DNA of 64,000 nucleotides from IMG/VR virus record IMGVR_UViG_3300034061_004620; one strand, 5' to 3'. Each line of letters opens with the position of its first letter. The first letter of the stretch is position 1. Shown here piece after piece: positions 45,304 to 54,222 of the stretch. The notes under the pieces were generated by a model. The model was not told the DNA's origin, made no database searches, and saw only the letters and a list, made by a program, of their open reading frames with translations. The stretch comes from a virus (lineage: Duplodnaviria > Caudoviricetes). The translations under genes were made by a program, and so were the position numbers.

Positions 45304-48300
45304 ATGGCACTCGTATCCGCAGGTTTAGAAATTAGCGTAACAGACGAAAGTCAATACGTACCAGGAGCAGTGGGCACTATCCCACTTATTATAATGGCCA
45401 CAGCGCAAGATAAAACAAATCCGTCTGGCGCTATTGCAACTGACACTACATCGGCAAGAGCTGGCAAATTATTAGCATTTAGTAGTCAGCGAGAACTTAT
45501 CAGTGCTATGGGCTATCCAAGCTTTAAGCAAAGTGCAGCTGGCACCCCATTACATGGCGATGAACGCAATGAATACGGTTTGATGGCAGCTTATAGTGCG
45601 CTGGGCAACGTTAATAGAATCTATGCCATACGTGCAGACGTTGATTTAAATGCCTTAGAAGGTACCAGTGTCAGACCTACCAACCCAGTTGCTAATGGTA
45701 CACATTGGTTAGACTTGTCAGAATCAACCTGGGGCATTAACGAATGGGATGCTGTAAATTCTACTTTTAGTTTAAAATCTCCTTTATTAGTAACAGACAA
45801 TGCCAATGACACAACTTCAGTAGGTGGAATTAATACACCTAAAAGCAGTATTGGACAAATTGGACAGTATGCAATTGCTTGGACAGGTACCAATGCACAT
45901 ATGTTTTACAAAGCAGGCTCAAGTTTGCCAGTTCAAGGCGTGGTACAGGCACCTGCGACAGATTCTAAATATAACGTATGGGTAAGATTAGGTACAGCAG
46001 ATTGGCAAAGATCTTGGGCCACTGTCAAAGGCACAGTTACAGTTACAGATGGTAATGCAGATCTTATTCCTGCAAGTACACCGGCTGCATCTATTACAAT
46101 TAATGGCACCACAATCACGGTTGGTAATACCGGTGCAGCCAGAAGTCTAAATCAGGTGGTTACAGCTATTACTGGTATCACAGGTGTCACAGCAGCTAAT
46201 GTAGGTGGTAAGCTGTTCTTGTATGCCACAAGTTTGGCAGAAAGCGTTCCAGGTACCGCAGATGGTAAAATTTTAATTGGTAACAGCTCAGGGACTCCGT
46301 TGGCTACGTTAGGAATTACAGCCGGCGAATACGCAAACACACAACTTGAATATGGAAATTTTGCTCAAATTCCAAGTTGGAGAAGCACAGATACTACACC
46401 ACGACCAAGTGGTAGTGTATTTGTCAAAATTGGGGCAACAGGTAGCGGTGCCGATCAAGTAATTAAACGATACAGTGCATCAACTGGTCAGTGGTTGACT
46501 CTTGCTACAGAATTTTACGAGAGAGCCGAAGATGCGCTATTTGGTTTAGATCCAAGCGGTGGCGGTAATGGTATTGCAGCAGGCACAGTATGGGTAGGAT
46601 ACGATCCATTAAGAACACAAACTGGAGGATACAAGCCATTTAGACGCAGGGTTTCTGGACAAACAGTAGTAAGCGGTAGCGCCACAGCAGCCAATCCATT
46701 TACAGCAGCCGATGCGTTAATTATTGGCGTAACAGAAATTGGTTCTGCCGATATCACGGAATACACTGTGACACTGACTGGTACAAGCACAGGCAGTTTT
46801 GTAAGTGACGTATTAGCTACAAATATTCCTGAAATAAACGTAAGTGTGAGCACTTCTAATGTGATCACATTTACTCATATCTATGGAGGTGACATCTATC
46901 TTACCGACGATGTTGGAACTCCAACAGCTGATGCAGGATTTACCAGTACCACAACAGGAACTATCGTATATGGGTCAACTCTGGCACTAACTAATTGGGA
47001 AATTCCTAACAGCACCAGTTTTATTGTAACTTACAGTACCACAGAACCGTACCAAGAGCCAGCAGACGGTACTTTATGGTACTACAGTGATCCTGCTACA
47101 GTTGACATCATGATTAATGAAATTGGTGGTTGGAGATCTTATCATAGCAGCTATTACGACGGCTCTACCACAGACGCAAGAGGCTTTGATCTAAGTCTAA
47201 CCGATCCTGAAGGTGTTATTATCAGTGCAAGTCAGCCTACACAACAAAGTGATGGCGTAACGGCATTAGCAGCAGGAGATTTATGGTTAGACAGTGGTGA
47301 CCTTGAAAATTATCCAGTGCTGTACAGATATGATGGCTCAGACTGGATTCTGATTGATAACACCGATCAGGTAGGGCAAAATGGTATATTATTTGCTGAT
47401 GCCCGTTGGGATACATCAGGTACAACTGATATTATCACTGACAGTTTACCATCAATTACTGATCTATTAGAAAGCGATTATTTAGATCAAGATGCACCTG
47501 ACTTTAGATTGTATCCGCGTGGTATGTTATTGTTTAACACAAGACGCAGTGGTTACAATATCAAACAGTATGTGAGTAATAAATTTAATGCAACAGCATA
47601 CCCTGATTTACCAGCCGTGCCAGGCGCCGGAGGTAGTTTGCCAGCAGTGAAAAATACATGGCAAACAGCCAGTGGGTTGAAAGACAACGGAAGTCCGTAC
47701 ATGGGTCGCCAAGCACAGCGTAGAATGATTACAGCAGCTATGCAGGCAGCGTTGATAGCCAGTACCGAAGTCCGTGAAGAACAATTTGCATTCAATATTA
47801 TTTGTGCACCAGGTTATCCAGAAGTAATTGATGAGATGGTAGCATTAAATAACGATCGTGCAAACACAGCATTTATCATTGGCGACACACCGATGCGACT
47901 TGCACCAAATGCAATTGACATTGCCAATTGGAGCAACAACGCCAACGGTGACGGTCTGGCAATATCTGATCCTTACCTGGGCGTGTATTATCCATGCGGT
48001 CAGACAAGTGATTTGCAAGGCAACTCGATTGTAGTACCAGCCAGTCATATGGCATTACGTACAATGATTTTTAATGACAATGTAGCCTATCAATGGTTTG
48101 CTCCAGCCGGAACACGAAGAGGCTTAATTGATAATGCCAGCAGCATTGGTTATATTGATGCCAATACTGGTGAGTTTAATTTTAACAGCATACGTGTGGG
48201 ACTAAGAGACACATTGTATGAAAATAGAATTAATCCTATTACAAACTTACCTGGTGTTGGTCTTGTTGTATGGGGGCAGAAAACTCGTAACCCAACTGCA

Positions 48301-48630
48301 AGCAGTCTGGATCGTATCAATGTTGCAAGACTGGTCAACTATATAAGAACTATTCTTGCAAATGTGGGCAATGGTTTCTTGTTTGAACCAAACGATAAAA
48401 TCACTCGTGATCAGATCAAGAACGTAATTAGCGGAGCTATTAACGATCTTGTGTCAAAACGCGGTATTTACGACTATCTTGTTGTTTGTGACGATACTAA
48501 CAATACACCAACACGTATTGCACGTAATGAATTGTACGTTGATATTGCAATTGAGCCTATGAAAGATGTAGAGTTTATTTACATTCCAATTCGTTTAAAG
48601 AACCCAGGTGACATTGCAGCAGGAGTATAA
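45304..48630 (+). CDS. gp18: Tail sheath protein
   Basis: MALVSAGLEISVTDES start. C-terminal WFAPAG.RRG, RINPI, LDRINVARL, FEPND and IDIAIEP motifs. Confidence 0.92.
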   Translation: MALVSAGLEISVTDESQYVPGAVGTIPLIIMATAQDKTNPSGAIATDTTSARAGKLLAFSSQRELISAMGYPSFKQSAAGTPLHGDERNEYGLMAAYSALGNVNRIYAIRADVDLNALEGTSVRPTNPVANGTHWLDLSESTWGINEWDAVNSTFSLKSPLLVTDNANDTTSVGGINTPKSSIGQIGQYAIAWTGTNAHMFYKAGSSLPVQGVVQAPATDSKYNVWVRLGTADWQRSWATVKGTVTVTDGNADLIPASTPAASITINGTTITVGNTGAARSLNQVVTAITGITGVTAANVGGKLFLYATSLAESVPGTADGKILIGNSSGTPLATLGITAGEYANTQLEYGNFAQIPSWRSTDTTPRPSGSVFVKIGATGSGADQVIKRYSASTGQWLTLATEFYERAEDALFGLDPSGGGNGIAAGTVWVGYDPLRTQTGGYKPFRRRVSGQTVVSGSATAANPFTAADALIIGVTEIGSADITEYTVTLTGTSTGSFVSDVLATNIPEINVSVSTSNVITFTHIYGGDIYLTDDVGTPTADAGFTSTTTGTIVYGSTLALTNWEIPNSTSFIVTYSTTEPYQEPADGTLWYYSDPATVDIMINEIGGWRSYHSSYYDGSTTDARGFDLSLTDPEGVIISASQPTQQSDGVTALAAGDLWLDSGDLENYPVLYRYDGSDWILIDNTDQVGQNGILFADARWDTSGTTDIITDSLPSITDLLESDYLDQDAPDFRLYPRGMLLFNTRRSGYNIKQYVSNKFNATAYPDLPAVPGAGGSLPAVKNTWQTASGLKDNGSPYMGRQAQRRMITAAMQAALIASTEVREEQFAFNIICAPGYPEVIDEMVALNNDRANTAFIIGDTPMRLAPNAIDIANWSNNANGDGLAISDPYLGVYYPCGQTSDLQGNSIVVPASHMALRTMIFNDNVAYQWFAPAGTRRGLIDNASSIGYIDANTGEFNFNSIRVGLRDTLYENRINPITNLPGVGLVVWGQKTRNPTASSLDRINVARLVNYIRTILANVGNGFLFEPNDKITRDQIKNVISGAINDLVSKRGIYDYLVVCDDTNNTPTRIARNELYVDIAIEPMKDVEFIYIPIRLKNPGDIAAGV

Positions 48631-48679
48631 TATGGGTAAGGGGGTGTAAAATACCCCCGAAAAATTTTGGAAAAAATTT

Positions 48680-48687
48680 GATAAATA
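48680..48687 (+). promoter_or_regulatory. Late promoter (GATAAATA) for the tube gene
   Basis: NNTAAATA motif followed by an AGGAG RBS. Confidence 0.6.
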
Positions 48688-48707
48688 CCTATAACAGGAG
48701 AATATAA

Positions 48708-49331
48708 ATGGCAATAGCCTCATTAAACAGATTTACAGTACCTTTAGCAACTAATCAAAGTGCGAGCACCCAAGGTCTGCTAATGCCTAAACTAAAGTAT
48801 CGCTTCCGTGCGATATTTGAAAACTTTGGTGTAAGCAGCGACAGAGTTGAACTAACAAAACAAGTGGCAAGTATTAGCCGTCCTAACGTAAACTTCAATC
48901 CTTTTGTCATTGAGGCTTATAACAGTAAGGTTAACTTGGTTGGTAAACCAAGTTGGGAACCAGTCACTGTCACATTACGTGACGATGCCGGCGGCAATGT
49001 GAGCAAATTGGTTGGTGAGCAGATTCAGAAACAATTTGATTTTATGGAACAGGCATCAGCAAGCTCTGGCATTGATTACAAATTCCTTTTAAAGTTTGAA
49101 ATGTTAGATGGTGGCAATGGTGCTAACCAGCCTACCGTATTAGAAACTTGGGAACTGTATGGAGCGTTTGTTAATCAAGTAAATTATGGTGAAATGGCAT
49201 ATACTGAGAGTTCTCCAGCAGATATTACATTGACAGTGACTTACGATAATGCAATCCAGACTCCAACTGGAACAGGAGTAGGAACATTGGTAGGACGTAC
49301 ACTGGGAACATTGGTTACTGGTGTAAGTTAA
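48708..49331 (+). CDS. gp19: Tail tube protein
   Basis: Follows the sheath. Motifs GKPSWEPVTVTLRDD, WELYGAF and ITLTVTYD. Confidence 0.85.
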   Translation: MAIASLNRFTVPLATNQSASTQGLLMPKLKYRFRAIFENFGVSSDRVELTKQVASISRPNVNFNPFVIEAYNSKVNLVGKPSWEPVTVTLRDDAGGNVSKLVGEQIQKQFDFMEQASASSGIDYKFLLKFEMLDGGNGANQPTVLETWELYGAFVNQVNYGEMAYTESSPADITLTVTYDNAIQTPTGTGVGTLVGRTLGTLVTGVS

Positions 49332-49346
49332 TTATTTTGATTGTAG

Positions 49347-49379
49347 AAAAAATACCCGGTCAAATCCGGGTATTTTTTT
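49347..49379 (+). terminator. Intrinsic terminator, likely bidirectional
   Basis: AAAAAATACCCGG-TCAAAT-CCGGGTATTTTTT. Confidence 0.9.
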
Positions 49380-49381
49380 GG

Positions 49382-49389
49382 CATAAATA
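49382..49389 (+). promoter_or_regulatory. Late promoter (CATAAATA)
   Basis: Lies immediately after the terminator. Confidence 0.6.
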
Positions 49390-49406
49390 TCTAAAAGGTA
49401 ATCATA

Positions 49407-51071
49407 ATGGGAATATTTGACGGTTTCTTAAAGCAACTTGCCACTGGCGATCAAATAAAAGATTTCAAACATGCCAGTCGTTTGTATGTTGACAATAACT
49501 ACGCTCTAAGCCCTAAATATGATTGGCTTTATCATGTGTACTTTGATTTAGATCCTACCTTGACCAAGGTAGCAAGAGATAGAGTATTAGAAGCAGGTAT
49601 GCTGGTCAAGTCGGTTGATTTACCCAAGTTTAATATAGACACCAAAACTTTCAACATGTATAACAGACCAGATGTTATACAAACAAAAATAAAATATGAC
49701 AACATACAAATAACTTTTCATGACGATCAGTCTGATGTGGTAAGAAATTTTTGGTTTGATTACATGCATCATTACTACAGAGATATGGATGCAAGTTATT
49801 CAGACAGTTCGGGTCAAATTCATCCGTTATATCATTCAAAAACACAGTATAGACTTGGTCAAAGGGATGTACTTAACAATTTTGGATATAAGCCAAGAAA
49901 TGGTGGCGGAGTCAACGGCGCACAGTATATCCAAGCAATAAGAATTTACAGTTTACATCAAAAAAGATTTAGTGAATATACACTTGTAAATCCCACTATA
50001 ATTAGTTTCAGTCACGGACAGCATCAGGCCAGCAGCAACGGGAGCCTGGAACATTCAATGACATTGGCCTATACTACCTTGCTTTATGCCAGCGGATATG
50101 TCACAAGAAACACTGTCAAAGGCTTTGCAGACTTACACTATGACAAATCGCCAAGTCCTTTAACCGCAGCGGGCGGCGGTACTAACAGCATATTAGGCCC
50201 TGGTGGTATAGTATCGGCGCTGGACAGTTTTGTACAAAACCCAGTGCGCGGAGCATTTGGATTATTTAGATCTTTTGAAAAAAATCAGAATGTTGACTTG
50301 GGTGGATTGGCAGCGGCAGAATTGTTGTCCGCCGGAACCGATATCTTGAATGGCAGAGATCCCAGAGACAGATTTTTTGTACCTTCAATTGGCAGTTTAG
50401 CCAATAGACCATCATCGGGTGGTTTTAGTCTTCCTGGCATACCCGGAGTATCGTCGGGCTCGGTCAACAGTAACGGATCGTCAATTGGACTTGGAACAGG
50501 TCTGGCTATTGGTGGTGCAGCACTGGCACTGACAGGCAAACCAGAATTGGGTGTAGGTGTGGCCATTGCAGGCTTACTGGTTAATAATAAAAATCAAATC
50601 ACCGGCGGTGAATTGGATAAAACTGTTGTAACAGACAAACCCGGCACTCCTGGAGCAGCAGAAACTGCAACAGCACTTACAGCGGTAGGCAGTGAATCTC
50701 CGTTCGCTGCGTTTAGTTTTGGAGGAGCAATCTTGAAAGTGGCCAAAGAACGCGAAGCCAAGGCCAAAGCAGAACAAGAGAAAAAGAATCAAGAACAAGC
50801 AGATGCTTATAGAAATTATTTTAGTTCTCCATCAAATGCTCCTACATATTTTTCAGGCACAAACCAAGTTGCATCAACAACTGGTGCATTAGCTCAAACA
50901 CCATATGGCGGCACTGTGATAGCCAGCAGCGGTCAGTTTACCGAAGTGGCAGCATTTAGAAATGTAGCAGGTGCTGAAGCAGGACAATTTATTCAAAATG
51001 GTAATCCACAACCGGCTTTGAGTTATGCAGGATACCCAACGTCGACTAATGCTGCAAAAGGAAACGCATAA
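49407..51071 (+). CDS. Tube-fold baseplate / tube-initiator protein with a Gly-rich C-terminal extension
   Basis: SVDLPKF...YNR...QTKIKYDNIQITFHDD resembles gp19/gp54 folds. Confidence 0.6.
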   Translation: MGIFDGFLKQLATGDQIKDFKHASRLYVDNNYALSPKYDWLYHVYFDLDPTLTKVARDRVLEAGMLVKSVDLPKFNIDTKTFNMYNRPDVIQTKIKYDNIQITFHDDQSDVVRNFWFDYMHHYYRDMDASYSDSSGQIHPLYHSKTQYRLGQRDVLNNFGYKPRNGGGVNGAQYIQAIRIYSLHQKRFSEYTLVNPTIISFSHGQHQASSNGSLEHSMTLAYTTLLYASGYVTRNTVKGFADLHYDKSPSPLTAAGGGTNSILGPGGIVSALDSFVQNPVRGAFGLFRSFEKNQNVDLGGLAAAELLSAGTDILNGRDPRDRFFVPSIGSLANRPSSGGFSLPGIPGVSSGSVNSNGSSIGLGTGLAIGGAALALTGKPELGVGVAIAGLLVNNKNQITGGELDKTVVTDKPGTPGAAETATALTAVGSESPFAAFSFGGAILKVAKEREAKAKAEQEKKNQEQADAYRNYFSSPSNAPTYFSGTNQVASTTGALAQTPYGGTVIASSGQFTEVAAFRNVAGAEAGQFIQNGNPQPALSYAGYPTSTNAAKGNA

Positions 51072-51253
51072 TGACAGCCAACAGTGCTATATTTTCAACT
51101 TCGTTGTTTGGAAACAGCAGTGGTAGTACTGCCGCCGAACAGGCAGAAATAGATACACATGCTAAAGAAATATTCTTGGCAAAAACAAGCACAAACAATT
51201 TACGTACAAAAGTACCTGTTGTGCCAAGCAATCAAAAGTACATGAGAGATTAA
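51071..51253 (+). CDS. Small hypothetical protein
   Basis: 60-aa ORF coupled between neighbours. Confidence 0.45.
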   Translation: MTANSAIFSTSLFGNSSGSTAAEQAEIDTHAKEIFLAKTSTNNLRTKVPVVPSNQKYMRD

Positions 51254-51254
51254 A

Positions 51255-51656
51255 ATGGCAAACATTTTAAAAAAAACAGTCACTGAACCAACCAATTTAG
51301 AACGTATCAACTTAAATACCTTTGATCCACCAAATGTGACCAAGTATTTTAATAATTTTTTTGAAATACCAGTAAACGTAAGCAGTAATGTTGACGCTGC
51401 AATTGTTGCTTATTTTCAGCAAATAGCAGATAACGAAATTGAAGCTCGAGCCCTGGCCAGTGCTGTAATTTATACCAGTGTCAAACAAGGTATCAATCCT
51501 ATGGAAACACTGAAACAGTTTCAGCGTCTACCGCCAGGTGAACTTGATGCATACACAGCATTATTTTTAAACTTTGAACGTAAGGGCACAAGTTATCTTG
51601 GTGTTACCAATCAGCCTGTGCAGAACAAATATATACAACGCAGTATAAGACCCTAA
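51255..51656 (+). CDS. Hypothetical virion protein
   Basis: 133-aa ORF coupled to gp4. Confidence 0.65.
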   Translation: MANILKKTVTEPTNLERINLNTFDPPNVTKYFNNFFEIPVNVSSNVDAAIVAYFQQIADNEIEARALASAVIYTSVKQGINPMETLKQFQRLPPGELDAYTALFLNFERKGTSYLGVTNQPVQNKYIQRSIRP

Positions 51657-52093
51657 TGGCAGCAAAATTTGCAAATGGTTTTTACCAAATTTTAAACCCA
51701 GACAAATATGTAGGAAAGAAAGTTCCACATTTCAGAAGCAGTTGGGAACACACATTTATGAGATTTTGTGACACTAATCCGGCGGTGTTGCAGTGGGCCA
51801 GTGAAGCAATACACATACCATATCGCAATCCTTTTACAAACAAAAATACAATTTATGTGCCTGATTTTATGATCATGTACGTGAATAAAAATGGTGACAA
51901 GTATGCAGAACTTATTGAAGTAAAACCTACTAAAGAAACCAATCTTCAAGAAGCACGTAGCGAAAGAGACAAAGCCTCGGCAATTTTAAATATGTACAAA
52001 TGGCAAGCAGCCCAAGCCTGGTGCAGCCAAAATGGTTTACGCTTTCGTGTTATAACTGAAAATGATATCTTCCATCAAGGACGAGCTCGGTAA
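51656..52093 (+). CDS. gp4: Head completion protein (TnsA-like nuclease fold)
   Basis: FRSSWE..FM..CD.NP....WASE...IPY...Y.PDF...IEVKP. Confidence 0.88.
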   Translation: MAAKFANGFYQILNPDKYVGKKVPHFRSSWEHTFMRFCDTNPAVLQWASEAIHIPYRNPFTNKNTIYVPDFMIMYVNKNGDKYAELIEVKPTKETNLQEARSERDKASAILNMYKWQAAQAWCSQNGLRFRVITENDIFHQGRAR

Positions 52094-52101
52094 ATACGAG
52101 C
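52085..52101 (+). promoter_or_regulatory. Late promoter (GGTAAATA) in a hairpin loop, leaderless geometry
   Basis: GCTCG-GTAAATA-CGAGC, followed immediately by ATG 52102. Confidence 0.65.
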
Positions 52102-52599
52102 ATGACCAAAAAACTCTCAGAACTCTTTGATCTTCCTACTAATTTGCCTTCAACAGAATCTGCTGAATCAAACGAAGCTTTGAAAGCCATTGCTGACAAC
52201 AAAGAAATAATTGCCCGAGTAGACGAAGCTATAGACAAAATTGATATAGCATTGCCTACAGTGCGTGATCTCGAAGCCAGTGACCAAGAAATGGACGAAC
52301 TTGCAAACTTGGCTAAAGACAAATTTAACGATCTGATGGATTTAGGCATGAACATGGATCCAAGATTTGGCGGAGTGGTATTTCAAACAGCAGGCACATT
52401 GCTGGGTCATGCTATCACAGCCAAAACAGCCAAAATGGACAAAAAGCTACGTATGGTACAACTACAGCTACAGAAGGCCCGACTGGACCACCAAGTGAGC
52501 AAAGACGCACCAGAGGATCGTCCTATAGATGGACAAGGCATTGTGCTTGACCGTAATGCATTACTGGAACAGATTCTCCAAAAGAACAAAAACACATAA
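52102..52599 (+). CDS. Putative terminase small subunit (gp16-like)
   Basis: Helical protein of suitable size and position, with a PR...V..T...LL segment and C-terminal V.DRNALLEQI. Confidence 0.55.
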   Translation: MTKKLSELFDLPTNLPSTESAESNEALKAIADNKEIIARVDEAIDKIDIALPTVRDLEASDQEMDELANLAKDKFNDLMDLGMNMDPRFGGVVFQTAGTLLGHAITAKTAKMDKKLRMVQLQLQKARLDHQVSKDAPEDRPIDGQGIVLDRNALLEQILQKNKNT

Positions 52600-52602
52600 A
52601 TA
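52595..52602 (+). promoter_or_regulatory. Late promoter (CATAAATA)
   Basis: Heads the internal-protein block. Confidence 0.6.
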
Positions 52603-52624
52603 CTCTATAAACAGGATTTTACCT

Positions 52625-53245
52625 ATGAAAAGTCTCCACGATTATATAGCAGAACGAAACTCAAACTACAGTTTTAGGATCAAGGTAGCAAAACAAAACC
52701 CCAAAGATATCATGGAAGAAATCAAGAACGCTCTTGATGCTTACGAACTTGTAGATATCACCACACCAAAAAGTATGCCGGTACAAGAGCATAGAGAATT
52801 TCCCAAGTGGGGTGCATGCGAATGTTGGCAATTTGAAGCCACAGTGGCATATCCTACTACTACAGTACAAATCGCACAATTACTTAAAGAACGCACAGGC
52901 ATGCAGGCCGAGTGGGTTTGTGTGTACGGCAAACAACAAGCAGATCAAAACGATTATGCCGAAGCTTATGGCAAGGATCACGAAGGCGCACTATTGTTAG
53001 ACGGAGAACTCAAAGACGTACCCGGTGGGCAAGATCTTGTGGCAGAAAAGCGCAAAGACAGCTTATTAAAAGAACTTGATAAGAAGAGTCCATTACTAAC
53101 AGGCCCTGGCGAACCAGACTTAGTGACTACCCACGCAAAAGAAAGAACCAAGCCAGCACAAACAACTAATGCACTTCCGCAAGGTACTAAGAGTCCTGTA
53201 GGTAGCCAACAAAACAAATTACCCCCAATTAAAGGAAGAAAATAA
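52625..53245 (+). CDS. Hypothetical head-internal protein
   Basis: Start moved to ATG 52625 (AGGA RBS). MKSLHDYIAE resembles the T4 capsid targeting sequence MKTYQEFIAE. Confidence 0.7.
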   Translation: MKSLHDYIAERNSNYSFRIKVAKQNPKDIMEEIKNALDAYELVDITTPKSMPVQEHREFPKWGACECWQFEATVAYPTTTVQIAQLLKERTGMQAEWVCVYGKQQADQNDYAEAYGKDHEGALLLDGELKDVPGGQDLVAEKRKDSLLKELDKKSPLLTGPGEPDLVTTHAKERTKPAQTTNALPQGTKSPVGSQQNKLPPIKGRK

Positions 53246-54222
53246 TGAGCAACAATATCTATGACATCTTGAAAAAGATGCAACGCCTTGAGTCACCCAA
53301 GCAGGTTCTTGCAGAAGGTAAAAAAGCAAAACCTGATTTTGCAGACCTTGACAAGGATGGTGACAAAAAAGAGCCTATGAAAAAAGCTGCCAAAGAAAAA
53401 AACAAAGGCGCAATCGCAGAAGCAGTTGCTCGAGTTGAAAAGAATTTAGCAGAAAAGTACATGAGCTACAAGAAACGACTGGGCGAAGAGTCTGACATGA
53501 TTAGAAAAGTTATTCCGGTCAATGTCATTGATGGCCCTGGCGGTTACGAAGAAGCACAAAAGCGTATTAAAGATCATGAATCATCAAAAGTAAAGAGACA
53601 AGAAATGCCAGGTAAAGAGTTACCTCCAGTAGACGATAGATCTCGACCAGCCGACAAGCCCAAGACTAAAGAAGTAGATGAAAGTGGCTTACAAGCGTAT
53701 CTTGGCAAAAAGAAGTATGGCAAAGAAGGTATGCAGGCATTACAGAAAGCAGGCCGCGAAGGTGCAAGTAAAGAAAAAATGGCCAGCATTCGTGCCCGTC
53801 ATGACAAGATGGATGAAGACGCATACAATGAAGACATGCTGAGTCCTAAGCAACAAAAAATTGCTCGTATGGCCGGGGATCCTAAAAAAATTGACGCCAA
53901 CGATCTAAAAGCTTTGCGAGCCGGTAAGAACAAAAAAGCCGAAGGCAATGCTTTTAGTGGCGCTTTAGATGCAGCAAGAGACGCTGGCAAATCTGAATTT
54001 GAAGTCGACGGAAAAAGCTATAAAGTAAAAGAAGGCTGGGACGAAATGCTAAAAGCACAAAAAGAACGTAGCGGTCCACAACCCAGTGGCGGATCAGGCA
54101 TTAAGCAAGGCAAACGTTATGGTGGCGGCGCACAAACCGACGAACCAGACACAGATAACGAAACAGGTGAAGTAGCTAAAAAAGGCCGCGGTCGCCCTAA
54201 AAAAGATAAATTTGCAAAATGA
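53245..54222 (+). CDS. Modular charged head-internal protein with a C-terminal AT-hook
   Basis: K/E-rich. Contains KPDFADLDKDGDKKE and ends KKGRGRPKK. Confidence 0.7.
   Translation: MSNNIYDILKKMQRLESPKQVLAEGKKAKPDFADLDKDGDKKEPMKKAAKEKNKGAIAEAVARVEKNLAEKYMSYKKRLGEESDMIRKVIPVNVIDGPGGYEEAQKRIKDHESSKVKRQEMPGKELPPVDDRSRPADKPKTKEVDESGLQAYLGKKKYGKEGMQALQKAGREGASKEKMASIRARHDKMDEDAYNEDMLSPKQQKIARMAGDPKKIDANDLKALRAGKNKKAEGNAFSGALDAARDAGKSEFEVDGKSYKVKEGWDEMLKAQKERSGPQPSGGSGIKQGKRYGGGAQTDEPDTDNETGEVAKKGRGRPKKDKFAK

Noticed and set aside
48640-48658. GGGGGTGT-AAA-ATACCCCC hairpin between sheath and tube as a terminator
   Set aside because: There is no + strand U-tract directly after the stem. It may be a stability or processing hairpin, but the support is too weak to call.
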